From the sequence record NC_061442.1: a DNA stretch of 64,000 bases, one strand, 5' to 3'. Shown here piece after piece: positions 37,750 through 46,241 of this stretch. The notes beneath the pieces are model-generated. The model searched no databases. It was given only the letters and a program-made list of their open reading frames with translations, and was not told the origin of the DNA. Position 1 is the first letter of the stretch. Each line of letters starts with the position of its first letter. Position numbers and translations under genes: made by a program.

Positions 37750-38444
37750 TAGTCATGCTCCTCTTCATCTTGAACCCGAGCAGCCTCTGCGCGTGGGCCC
37801 AGGTCAATATCAATCTCAACGTTCTCGGTAACTTCACCGTAGTTGTTGATCTTAGCCTGCTCAAGGTTGAAACCAATCTTAGAGTGAATCGTGATTGGAA
37901 TCTCCAGCTCGAAGCTACCCGGCGTACTACCTTCATCAAGGTCATCAATGTTGGGCATAGGGATAGAGTCGTCGAGTTTAACGCGCACAGTCCACTTGGA
38001 TGTAGGCATCTCAATGGAGAAGCTCATTAAGTCCGTCAGGCCTGCAATAAGCAACTGTTGAACGTATAGCAGTGCTTGGTTGACGTCCATGAACTTGAGG
38101 AACAGCGTACCAGTGAGAGTCACAGGGAAGTAATAGTTAGTTACAACCACAGCGTTTGAGCCATCCCCGTCGGCACCTAGCGCCCAACCACTACCATGTC
38201 GTGCGATGTTCTTCACGTTCACAGACTCGTCGCGGTTGAATGCCATAGTAGGCAGCTTAAACCAACCATATGGATAATCAGTGCTTTGATTGTTCGTTGC
38301 ACGAATACCCTGCTTAGGGTTATTATGCACAGACCAAACAAAACGCTTTAGGTTGAAGCCTTGACGGAACTGGCGTTGAAAGCCAAAGATGGTTGCTCGC
38401 AGCGATGTGCTGTTTCTGAGCATACCGGATAGGTTTGCACTCAT
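37749..38444 (-). CDS. Putative tail terminator/neck protein (gp15-like)
   Basis: 231 aa between capsid and sheath genes; YYFPVTLTGTLFL...QLL pattern; call rests largely on synteny. Confidence 0.5.
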   Translation of the reverse strand: MSANLSGMLRNSTSLRATIFGFQRQFRQGFNLKRFVWSVHNNPKQGIRATNNQSTDYPYGWFKLPTMAFNRDESVNVKNIARHGSGWALGADGDGSNAVVVTNYYFPVTLTGTLFLKFMDVNQALLYVQQLLIAGLTDLMSFSIEMPTSKWTVRVKLDDSIPMPNIDDLDEGSTPGSFELEIPITIHSKIGFNLEQAKINNYGEVTENVEIDIDLGPRAEAARVQDEEEHD

Positions 38445-38463
38445 TTGTGGTGCTCCAGATACG

Positions 38464-38486
38464 AAAAAGGGCGGCCGAAGCCACCC
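38464..38486 (-). terminator. Intrinsic terminator
   Basis: Minus strand GGGTGGC-TTCG-GCCGCCC then TTTTT. Confidence 0.85.
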
Positions 38487-38509
38487 TTTTGGTTACCCGC
38501 AATCGGGTG

Positions 38510-38929
38510 CTAGTCGTCGAATCGTAAACGAATCAGAGAAGAAGTAGCAGCAGAGTCGGACTCAACAGTAATGTCGTCTTCGTCTTCCAGATCTTCTTCA
38601 TCATCCAGGTCTTCATCTTCTTCCTCTTCGGATTCGGAGTTCAGACTGATGATTTCGTCATCGCCATACAGCGACGCGACTTGTTCTTCCTCGGCATTAA
38701 GCGCTAAAGCAGCAGATAACGCAGCGACGGATTCATTCATACCCGATGCTGAACTAACGGAGTTAACGAGGCATGATGCTTCGAAGTTGTCCGAGAGTTC
38801 ACAACAGAGAAAGTCCTCAGTGTCTGGCGCCACAGCAGCTTGAGCAAGCAAGCGGGAAGCATCCATCCACTGTCCGTCACGCGCTGCGACGATTGCCAGT
38901 GCAGCTAAGGAACCAGATAATGTCTTCAT
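38510..38929 (-). CDS. Small acidic head-associated protein (139 aa)
   Basis: GAGG RBS; directly downstream of the MCP; Asp/Glu-rich C-terminal third. Confidence 0.75.
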   Translation of the reverse strand: MKTLSGSLAALAIVAARDGQWMDASRLLAQAAVAPDTEDFLCCELSDNFEASCLVNSVSSASGMNESVAALSAALALNAEEEQVASLYGDDEIISLNSESEEEEDEDLDDEEDLEDEDDITVESDSAATSSLIRLRFDD

Positions 38930-38946
38930 GCTTGGTCCTCAGTTAA

Positions 38947-38969
38947 GAGGGCAACATTACGCTGCCCTC
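38947..38969 (-). terminator. Hairpin after the major capsid gene (weak terminator/attenuator or mRNA stabiliser)
   Basis: Minus strand GAGGGCAGC-GTAAT-GTTGCCCTC followed by only TT. Confidence 0.5.
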
Positions 38970-38984
38970 GATGCAAAGTCAATC

Positions 38985-40085
38985 CTATCCGCGCACGGCC
39001 TTGGCCACAGAACGCACGTTCGCCAGAGTGAAGGAGAAGGTGCTAGACAGCAACCAACCGCGGTCGGTGTTGCCCTGGTTTGCGCCGCTGGTAGGAGTAG
39101 ACTGGGTGCCGCCACGAGTGGTGTACACTGCGTGGTAGTCCTGGTCTGCCAGAACGTACAGCTCACCGTCATGCAGAACGCGGTGTTCTGGAGCGCGGAA
39201 GCCGTCAGTTACCAGTTCCATACCCAGCAGGGTACCCAGACGACCGGTGGTGATCAGGTCATACTTAGACACTGGGTCCAGAGCAGAGCTGAACTGATCG
39301 TTACCAACGATATCGTTCCAGTAGTCCTGCGCCATCACAGCGGTGCTAACAGGCAGCGGCCATGAAGACACAGAATTTTTCAGAGTAGACAGCAGACGCG
39401 GAGTCAGGTCACCGTGCACGAATGTCATCGGGTTAGCAACGCCAACTGCCTGGTCACAAGCACGTTTCCACAGACGGTCTTCTGCAACCATGATAGAAGA
39501 CAGGCCGTCTTGCTGCGCACGGTCCAGCAGGTCACCGTTGATCTGGTCCAGATCCATTTTGCTGACGCGGATGTTGGATTTCAGTTCGAACTCAGCAGGC
39601 GTGTAAACACGGCCGCGGAATTGGTAGTAACCCATGTCAGAAGGACCGGTCGCGATGATTGCTTCCGCCTGGTGAATTTTCAGTTCGATACGAGCGATAT
39701 CGCCCTGACGAACGGTAGCGCCTTTACACACTTTGCGCAGCAGGCCAGCACGTTCAGCACGGTCTTCGATAGATGCAACGATAGAAGCACCCAGAGAAGC
39801 CCACTTCTCACCAGAGCTGTCAGCAACAGCTTCCTGGAACAGTTCGATTTTCTCTTGCTCAGTCAGGCCGCCTGCGTTAGCAGAGGTAGAGTGAACCAGT
39901 TCGCCGTTCTGGAATGCGCCCATCAGCTTAGTGATTTGGCCCAGCAGGTCTTTTTGGCTCGATGCGTTGATCTCACCAGTGGAAGAGGAAAGCGCCAGCT
40001 CACCTTTACCACCAAAACGCAGGTCTTCGATTGGCGCGCCGTTACGCAGGGTTACTTTAGCGCCGCGCATTAAAGAGTTGTTCAT
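38985..40085 (-). CDS. Major capsid protein (HK97-like fold)
   Basis: 366 aa after protease and scaffold genes; highly biased codon usage; SIMVAEDRLW, LITTGRLGTLLGMELVTD and C-terminal FSFTLAN patterns. Confidence 0.85.
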   Translation of the reverse strand: MNNSLMRGAKVTLRNGAPIEDLRFGGKGELALSSSTGEINASSQKDLLGQITKLMGAFQNGELVHSTSANAGGLTEQEKIELFQEAVADSSGEKWASLGASIVASIEDRAERAGLLRKVCKGATVRQGDIARIELKIHQAEAIIATGPSDMGYYQFRGRVYTPAEFELKSNIRVSKMDLDQINGDLLDRAQQDGLSSIMVAEDRLWKRACDQAVGVANPMTFVHGDLTPRLLSTLKNSVSSWPLPVSTAVMAQDYWNDIVGNDQFSSALDPVSKYDLITTGRLGTLLGMELVTDGFRAPEHRVLHDGELYVLADQDYHAVYTTRGGTQSTPTSGANQGNTDRGWLLSSTFSFTLANVRSVAKAVRG

Positions 40086-40147
40086 TAGTTGCTCCTGAGA
40101 TTAATCTCGTAAGTTTTCAGATACTAAACAGTCACGGTGCGCGACGA

Positions 40148-40855
40148 TTAAGCGCCGTAAGAGGAAGTGGTTTCGATGATCAGGTAGCCGCGCTCGGTAG
40201 TTGGCGCTTGCTTGATGATCAGACCTTTCAGCTCGGTACCGTTGCCACCGATGGTCAGCAGACCGTTCGGGCCCAGAGTTGGGTGCAGTACGTTGTCAGC
40301 AGACCAGTCAGCGGTTGGGTCAAACATAGAGGTAGCAACGTTACCCAGTTTGATGTACGCGATACGACCTTCAACGTTAGAAGGCAGGCCGCCGATAGGA
40401 GCATCAGCAGTGTACGAACGCGCTTCGGTCACGGTCAGTTCGTAAGCATACACGATGCGAACTTTCTTACCAATGTCGTCAGCGTGGAAGTACAGGTCAG
40501 CACCCTGAACACCGACTTTACCTTCAGCAGTAGGAGCAGCGTTAGCTTCCTGGTCTGCTTTAGTACCGTCGATTTTAACCAGCAGTGCGCCAGCGTTAGG
40601 AACGCGGGATGCAGTGAATTTTTTGGTAGCGTCGATAACGAACTCTTCAACGCGGTTCATGTTCGCTGGCGGCATAGAGCGAGCCAGAGCGAAACCGGCG
40701 AATACTTCGTCAGCAGCACCAGTAGACAGACGCAGGAAGGAGTGACCGCCTTCGCGAGTCCAAACCAGTGCAACGCCTTCTTCGTGGATTACTTCACCCG
40801 GCAGCAGATCAGCTTCCTGGGTCTGTACGATTGCGGTAGCATTTTGAAACAACAT
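40148..40855 (-). CDS. Head structural/decoration protein (about 235 aa)
   Basis: Between scaffold and MCP; probable ATG at 40855 behind GGAGA; EGVALV...FAGFAL pattern as in capsid-decoration proteins. Confidence 0.65.
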   Translation of the reverse strand: MLFQNATAIVQTQEADLLPGEVIHEEGVALVWTREGGHSFLRLSTGAADEVFAGFALARSMPPANMNRVEEFVIDATKKFTASRVPNAGALLVKIDGTKADQEANAAPTAEGKVGVQGADLYFHADDIGKKVRIVYAYELTVTEARSYTADAPIGGLPSNVEGRIAYIKLGNVATSMFDPTADWSADNVLHPTLGPNGLLTIGGNGTELKGLIIKQAPTTERGYLIIETTSSYGA

Positions 40856-40906
40856 AATCAGTTTCTCCAATGAGAGATTGTGCGATTAACTGTCGTACGG
40901 CTTCAA

Positions 40907-42937
40907 TTAGAAGCGCATACGTGCCAGCTTGTCGTCGAAGGATGAGCCAGTGGAAGCTGAACTCTGGGATTGAACAGACTCTTTGTCCTGATTCAGGAGT
41001 TCCGCAGCGGAAGGCTGTTTGACCGGAGCGGTCGTAACCTGCTGCTGAACAACCGGCGCACGTTCGGCACTAACAGTACCAGCAGCCGCGTCGATAGATT
41101 CAGAGATTTCGTTCTGCGCGACTTCTGATTTGCTCATAAGCTCATTGGCTTTGGACAGAGCAGTTGTCAGGAAGTCTTTACCGTGAGCGATGAACGCACG
41201 TTCAATCAGAGCGCGTGGCTCTTTGATACCAGCGGCGGAGAGTGAACCCACCAGGCTATCAACGATTGGGTTACGCGTATCACCCCAGTAGTTTTTCGTA
41301 ACGCCCAGCTGGGCAGAAGACAGAGCAGCGACGAAGCGCTCACCGTGATTTGCAACGGCGTCTTCGATGGTTGAAGTAACGTTCGCAGTAGCTTCGCTAA
41401 TACGTGCGTCGGCGTCAGCCACCAGCATTTTGTCAACAGGCAGTTCGAACTGATGCGGCATAAAGCCGAACGATTCACAAGTACCTGCAACGCCCGTGTT
41501 GTTTAACGAGTGCGATACGGCACGGATGAAATTATCAGTATCGAAAGATTTCACCGCATTTTCTTCGCCTACTGCATTAGATACAGAAGCGAGAGTTGCG
41601 CGGGCCAGAGGTTCGCCGTCGTAGAACATGTGAACGGTGTTCACTTTACCACTGACGCGGCTCAGGCTAACCAGAGACGGGTCGAGCGTACCGTGTTGAG
41701 CGGTAGCAGAAGACAGGCTGTTGAAGGTGCGACTGACGACATTGCTTTCAGAATCGAAGTCGTCTTCGTCTTCATCATCAAGGTCGAGATCGTCTTCTTC
41801 CAGGTCTTCGTCGTCGTCCAGATCATCTTCGTCGTCGTCAGAGCTAGACTCGGAATCGAAGTCATCTTCGTCATCCATATCGTCCAGATCTTCTTCGTCT
41901 TCGAGATCATCTTCTTCGTCGTCGAGGTCTTCGTCATCTTCCTCGTCGTCGTCAGAGCTGGATTCAGAATCGAAGTCGTCTTCGTCTTCTTCCAGGTCTT
42001 CGTCATCCAGATCGTCTTCATCCAGATCTTCGTCGTCGAGGTCGTCTTCGTCGTCGATATCATCTTCATCATCGTTGGATGATTCGGAATCAAAATCGTC
42101 GTCTTCGTCTTCGTCTTCATCATCGAGATCGTCTTCTTCAACGATATCAATGTCGCTGTCGTCACCGCTGTTGGATTCGATAGGTTCATCGACCAGCGCA
42201 GCAGAACAATGCGCACAGAACACAGGCTCTTCATCGGAGCTTACAGTGAATGGCTGTTCGCAGTTAGCGGAGCAGCTATACATGTGCGCTTCAACTTCAT
42301 CGCCAGCAGAAGACAGAGCCGTTACAGCTTCTGGAGCTTCTTGCGGCTCACAGGAAGTAACTTCCTGGCCGGTATACGGGTCGAAGTTTGCGGCAGTAGC
42401 AGCGTTAAAGCTGCCAGTACCAGACAGCGCGGTAAACGTGTGTGCGTTGCTCAAGGCCAGCGCGAAGTTGCGTTGTGCAGCTTCGGCAGTTTCGCCAGTA
42501 GCAACCAGACCAGCGTGTTCAATTTGCTCGTCAGCAGAAGCGGATTCAGCCAGAGCTTGAGTAACACGTTCGTCTGTGATTTCGGACAGGTCAGCAGAGC
42601 ACGATGGGCAGGAGCCCTGAACCAGTGCAGAACTGTCGGAAATAACGTGGCATCCACAACCATCAAGGCAGATGGTGTAATGAGCTTTCACGTCACCCGC
42701 AGAGGACTGCGACTGGACTTCGGCTTTCTCAACCAAATCAGGATGCTCTACCAGCAGTTCTTCACCGCCGTTAGGATTGTAAAGGTCCGCGCCGCTCTGC
42801 GAAGCAAAGCCTACACCGGCAGAGTTCCCGAAAATCATCAGGTTCTGACCAAGTGCAGTACGGCGAAAGTTCTCTACTGCCTGATTATGGTTTTGACCGA
42901 CACACAGGATACCCGCGAGTTGGGTAATCTTTGGCAT
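40907..42937 (-). CDS. Putative prohead scaffold/core protein with two Cys4-type Zn-ribbon repeats and a long acidic tract
   Basis: Upstream of head genes; CLDGC...CPSC and CSANC...CAHC; about 130-residue D/E tract; helical C-terminus; probable start 42937. Confidence 0.65.
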   Translation of the reverse strand: MPKITQLAGILCVGQNHNQAVENFRRTALGQNLMIFGNSAGVGFASQSGADLYNPNGGEELLVEHPDLVEKAEVQSQSSAGDVKAHYTICLDGCGCHVISDSSALVQGSCPSCSADLSEITDERVTQALAESASADEQIEHAGLVATGETAEAAQRNFALALSNAHTFTALSGTGSFNAATAANFDPYTGQEVTSCEPQEAPEAVTALSSAGDEVEAHMYSCSANCEQPFTVSSDEEPVFCAHCSAALVDEPIESNSGDDSDIDIVEEDDLDDEDEDEDDDFDSESSNDDEDDIDDEDDLDDEDLDEDDLDDEDLEEDEDDFDSESSSDDDEEDDEDLDDEEDDLEDEEDLDDMDDEDDFDSESSSDDDEDDLDDDEDLEEDDLDLDDEDEDDFDSESNVVSRTFNSLSSATAQHGTLDPSLVSLSRVSGKVNTVHMFYDGEPLARATLASVSNAVGEENAVKSFDTDNFIRAVSHSLNNTGVAGTCESFGFMPHQFELPVDKMLVADADARISEATANVTSTIEDAVANHGERFVAALSSAQLGVTKNYWGDTRNPIVDSLVGSLSAAGIKEPRALIERAFIAHGKDFLTTALSKANELMSKSEVAQNEISESIDAAAGTVSAERAPVVQQQVTTAPVKQPSAAELLNQDKESVQSQSSASTGSSFDDKLARMRF
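41745..42165 (-). repeat. Low-complexity Asp/Glu coding repeat with four FDSES units
   Basis: GAC/GAT/GAA codon runs with recurring DDFDSES(S/N). Confidence 0.85.
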
Positions 42938-42982
42938 GGTTAAAACCCTCATAGAATTTTTAGTCGTTGAATCGACAGGTTA

Positions 42983-42990
42983 AAATTAAC
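42983..42990 (-). promoter_or_regulatory. Putative late promoter variant GTTAATTT
   Basis: One mismatch to GCTAATTT; lies in the AT-rich gap upstream of the scaffold-capsid operon. Confidence 0.45.
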
Positions 42991-43015
42991 GATTGCAGAA
43001 AAAATTCAGGTATTT

Positions 43016-44152
43016 TTAAACTTTTCTGCTATCAATGTCAGCTTGCGGAATATAGCGATTTTCGAAGTATTTATTGACCACTTCTACTCCGTTTAACGAG
43101 TAAACGTTACGCATACTATCACCCCAAACCATTAGCTCTGCAAGGGTAGCGAAATGCTCCGTTGGTACGGATTTCATTGTCCTAGCATCGAGCGAATCCG
43201 GGTGGATTTTCTTACCACGAATGGCCTGTTCAAACTTCATACGGTCAACGTTTCGTATCATCGTATGGTCCACAAAGTGAGCCAATTCGTGGGTCATTGC
43301 ATGGCCGAACGATCGACTATTATAGCCACCAAACAAATCAACCAACTGCCGTGGACTCATTGAAATTACACCATACAGGAATCCTGACACGGTATAAGTC
43401 ATTATATGAGAACCACCAACGTCATTGCCCTGTTTAACGATACCTACGTATAAACGCTTGAATGGCAGAGGCACGTTAAGACCTATGCCAGGCATGACGT
43501 TCTCCTGAATGTCTTTCAGTACATAATCAGGAGGGCTGACGCCTTCTAAGTGAATACGTCTACCGCCAATAAGCAAGTCATCGGCACCTAATACTTCAAG
43601 ATGCACATTGCCACACTTAGGTATCTTTTGGACAGCGTAGTTATTTGGAGTACCGCCCGGATAAGTAGCGTTAGCATACACCAGAGCTTTCTTATCGCCA
43701 AACATAGGCATGTCTTGCAGGCGACGCGCTCTTGCTCTCAGGGACTCTGGAGTGTCGTTACCATCCGGTGCAGGCGTACCGGCATCTTCCGGTTCTGGTG
43801 GCGGTGCAGGCTGTTCCGGTTCAGGTTTCGCTTTGACTGGCACAGGCTTTGGCTTAGGCGCAGTAGCTATTTTCTTCTTCTCCTCGTAAGGAGTGAAGTC
43901 AAAGTCCGGCTTGAAGAGGGCGTCAGGCTTAGCAGTGAATGGGCGACTCTGTGCAACTACCTTGTCACCGTCATCTCCACTGATTTCATAAGCCATGTCG
44001 TATTTAGGATGGGCTATGTAGTACAGGTCGTTGCTTACCTTGAGCAGACCCACGACCTCACGGGTATGCAGATGCACCCCGTTTGAGATCGCTACGTCTG
44101 GTCCCAGATAACGATAGTACGGATAGTCCGATATGACTAGACTTCCCGCCAT
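43016..44152 (-). CDS. Zincin-like metallopeptidase with the shared N-terminal beta-domain
   Basis: Probable start at TAATG (44152); MTHELAHFVDH (HExxH) and downstream TEHFA; Pro/Lys-rich linker. Confidence 0.7.
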   Translation of the reverse strand: MAGSLVISDYPYYRYLGPDVAISNGVHLHTREVVGLLKVSNDLYYIAHPKYDMAYEISGDDGDKVVAQSRPFTAKPDALFKPDFDFTPYEEKKKIATAPKPKPVPVKAKPEPEQPAPPPEPEDAGTPAPDGNDTPESLRARARRLQDMPMFGDKKALVYANATYPGGTPNNYAVQKIPKCGNVHLEVLGADDLLIGGRRIHLEGVSPPDYVLKDIQENVMPGIGLNVPLPFKRLYVGIVKQGNDVGGSHIMTYTVSGFLYGVISMSPRQLVDLFGGYNSRSFGHAMTHELAHFVDHTMIRNVDRMKFEQAIRGKKIHPDSLDARTMKSVPTEHFATLAELMVWGDSMRNVYSLNGVEVVNKYFENRYIPQADIDSRKV

Positions 44153-44931
44153 TACGCCATCCGCATAAGGTGTTCTTTGTACGTGGCAGCACATGCGAAT
44201 GCCGGATCATCGACCGAGCTACATTCGAAGCCAGTCAACATCTTGCAATCACGATATACCAGACGGCCGGTGCGACCATCAAGGTACGTTGGCTTGTTGA
44301 ATGCAGTATGCGAACAGAAGTTACGATGACGAGGAGTAACCAACTGGCCACAGATGCTGCACTTGTAGGCTTTGTACGTTGTGCCTTTAGAGTACGTGTT
44401 AAGCTCGCCGCTAAGGATGCGATCACAACGTTCTTCGCAGCGTGTACGGTCAAACGCCAGCAGCAGAGTCAGACGCGCATGATTACCGCGGAAGTTCTGG
44501 AGCTTTGACAGGTTGCTGTCGAAGATCATACCCATTGCTTGGCGGTAATCTTTGTTGTTGTGCTCGATGAACGTAGGCTTACCGATGAACGTTTGATAAG
44601 CAAGACGTCCTTGGTCAGGGTTAAACGTCAACCACTCTTCCAGACTAAATGCGTCACCATTCGTGTTAGGCAGCTCAGTGATGTTTACAGGCACAGGCAC
44701 AATAACATAATCACGAATGTTGCGTGACGTGTTATACTGCTCGGCTGCTTTCGACAGCCACACGTTTACGTCCAGATTGAATGAGCCTGTTTGAATGCCA
44801 AAACGCGAAGGGTCAACACGAATAGACTTAGCTGTTTGGCTAACATCTTCTTTGTGCATATCAATCGCGCCTAGTCCAACGAGGCCCATGTCCGAGGTAT
44901 CAAATGACTCGGAGCGAATGGACTTGTCCAT
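44152..44931 (-). CDS. Prohead maturation protease (HK97/herpes-like serine protease) with Zn-finger insert
   Basis: TFIGKPTFIEHN, YSKG, CSICG...CSH and FECSSVDDPA motifs; start at 44931 behind GGGAGA. Confidence 0.85.
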   Translation of the reverse strand: MDKSIRSESFDTSDMGLVGLGAIDMHKEDVSQTAKSIRVDPSRFGIQTGSFNLDVNVWLSKAAEQYNTSRNIRDYVIVPVPVNITELPNTNGDAFSLEEWLTFNPDQGRLAYQTFIGKPTFIEHNNKDYRQAMGMIFDSNLSKLQNFRGNHARLTLLLAFDRTRCEERCDRILSGELNTYSKGTTYKAYKCSICGQLVTPRHRNFCSHTAFNKPTYLDGRTGRLVYRDCKMLTGFECSSVDDPAFACAATYKEHLMRMA

Positions 44932-44941
44932 CGTGTTCTCC

Positions 44942-45364
44942 CTATTGGAAATTGTTGATGTTATCTGGCCCAGCGTTTGCAAGACGCACACAACCCTCTT
45001 CAACTTGGAAGGCGTTGAGTCCGTCCATAGTGCTCAGCCAGTAACGTAAGCGTCCATCTGAAATTACTGCGTTCTCGACATAGGCAGGAACTTCTTTGCC
45101 TGAATCTTTCATCGAGGCAATGACTTCGACGCCCGGATAGAACACATCGAAGGACTTCGTACTGAATATCGGTTTAACGATATCAGACTCGGACACAGGG
45201 TGCATGGCGTAGCGACTTTGAATCATATAGATCGCTTCGTCAGCACCAATCAGAATCGAGTTGATAGTGCCACGCAATGTGCAACGAGCACTACCGTCGA
45301 GAGTACGTCCGTGGTAGAACGTAACAATATCCGCGATGTTATACGCGAAAGAGAATTGAGCCAT
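44942..45364 (-). CDS. Hypothetical protein with two small SH3/KOW-like repeats
   Basis: Probable start MAQFSF behind GAGG; YNIADIV...IYMI and FYPGVEV...RYWL halves. Confidence 0.65.
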   Translation of the reverse strand: MAQFSFAYNIADIVTFYHGRTLDGSARCTLRGTINSILIGADEAIYMIQSRYAMHPVSESDIVKPIFSTKSFDVFYPGVEVIASMKDSGKEVPAYVENAVISDGRLRYWLSTMDGLNAFQVEEGCVRLANAGPDNINNFQ

Positions 45365-45365
45365 A

Positions 45366-46241
45366 TTAACCTCGCAGCGCACCACGAGCCCATGACTTAG
45401 CGAGCGCCAGAGTCATACGGCTTGGGTTTTGCAATTTGACTTCACCCTTATGCACAGCAGTGAAAGGTTCATGCGCATTCTCTCCGCGACCAGAACGATA
45501 CGCTGCTTCATTGAAGCCGTCGAATAACGTTACGACCCAGCCTGTGGATTTGTCAGAACATTCACCACAGGCTTTGTCCCAGCTAATCTTACCGCACACA
45601 CGACCACCAGCGTTAACCGCATAGCTTACTTGCTCAGTACCTTTATACAGGTCTTGAGATTTCAGCGTTTTGAACGTCACACGCGCAGCAGACTCAGAGC
45701 GCGGCGTCATCTTCTCTTTCAGTGCTTCAATATCAAGTGAAGACCAGAAGGACTCGAACAGCGCCGCAAATTTCTGCTCAATAGGCAGGTCGATAGCGTT
45801 GATTTGTGCGATGGTACTGGAACTATCATTAAGCACACGGTTGATGAAGTAACCGCCTAGGATTACTGGCATCTGTGTGCCCTGATCTCCAGTGGTCAAG
45901 CCCGCCCGTTTCGCATACATTTCACACATACCAATAGCAAGACGTGCCAAAGTCTGGAACGTCTGCTTCTCTGTACTGTTGGCAATCTCAGTATAGATGC
46001 GGCTTGCGATTGCAGGAACTACCGTACGCTTCGCTACACTCAGAATGTCTTCTGGTGTGATTGATTGGCCGAGCTTCTTCTTAGCAGCAAGTTCGAAAGC
46101 ATTAATCAGGCTTGCTTTGTTCGCTGGTGTCAGAGACTCGCTCAACTTGATAGTTGTCTGCTCCGAGCTGTTCACCAGACTCGGCTGCTGTGGAGCCTTC
46201 AGTCTGCGAACTCCCGTCGTTTTCAATCGAGCTACTGTCAT
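45366..46241 (-). CDS. Hypothetical head-region protein (291 aa)
   Basis: AGGAAG RBS; overlaps the glycosyltransferase 3' end by 140 bp. Confidence 0.7.
   Translation of the reverse strand: MTVARLKTTGVRRLKAPQQPSLVNSSEQTTIKLSESLTPANKASLINAFELAAKKKLGQSITPEDILSVAKRTVVPAIASRIYTEIANSTEKQTFQTLARLAIGMCEMYAKRAGLTTGDQGTQMPVILGGYFINRVLNDSSSTIAQINAIDLPIEQKFAALFESFWSSLDIEALKEKMTPRSESAARVTFKTLKSQDLYKGTEQVSYAVNAGGRVCGKISWDKACGECSDKSTGWVVTLFDGFNEAAYRSGRGENAHEPFTAVHKGEVKLQNPSRMTLALAKSWARGALRG

Noticed and set aside
41745-42165. CRISPR-like or tandem DNA array
   Set aside because: Repeats are degenerate in-frame codon runs with no constant repeat or unique spacers; no CRISPR array seen anywhere in the window.
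41721-42560. 279-aa poly-Ser plus-strand ORF (also 38571-38843 and 50832-51251)
   Set aside because: Reverse complement of GAC/GAT/GAA acidic codon runs; not independent genes.
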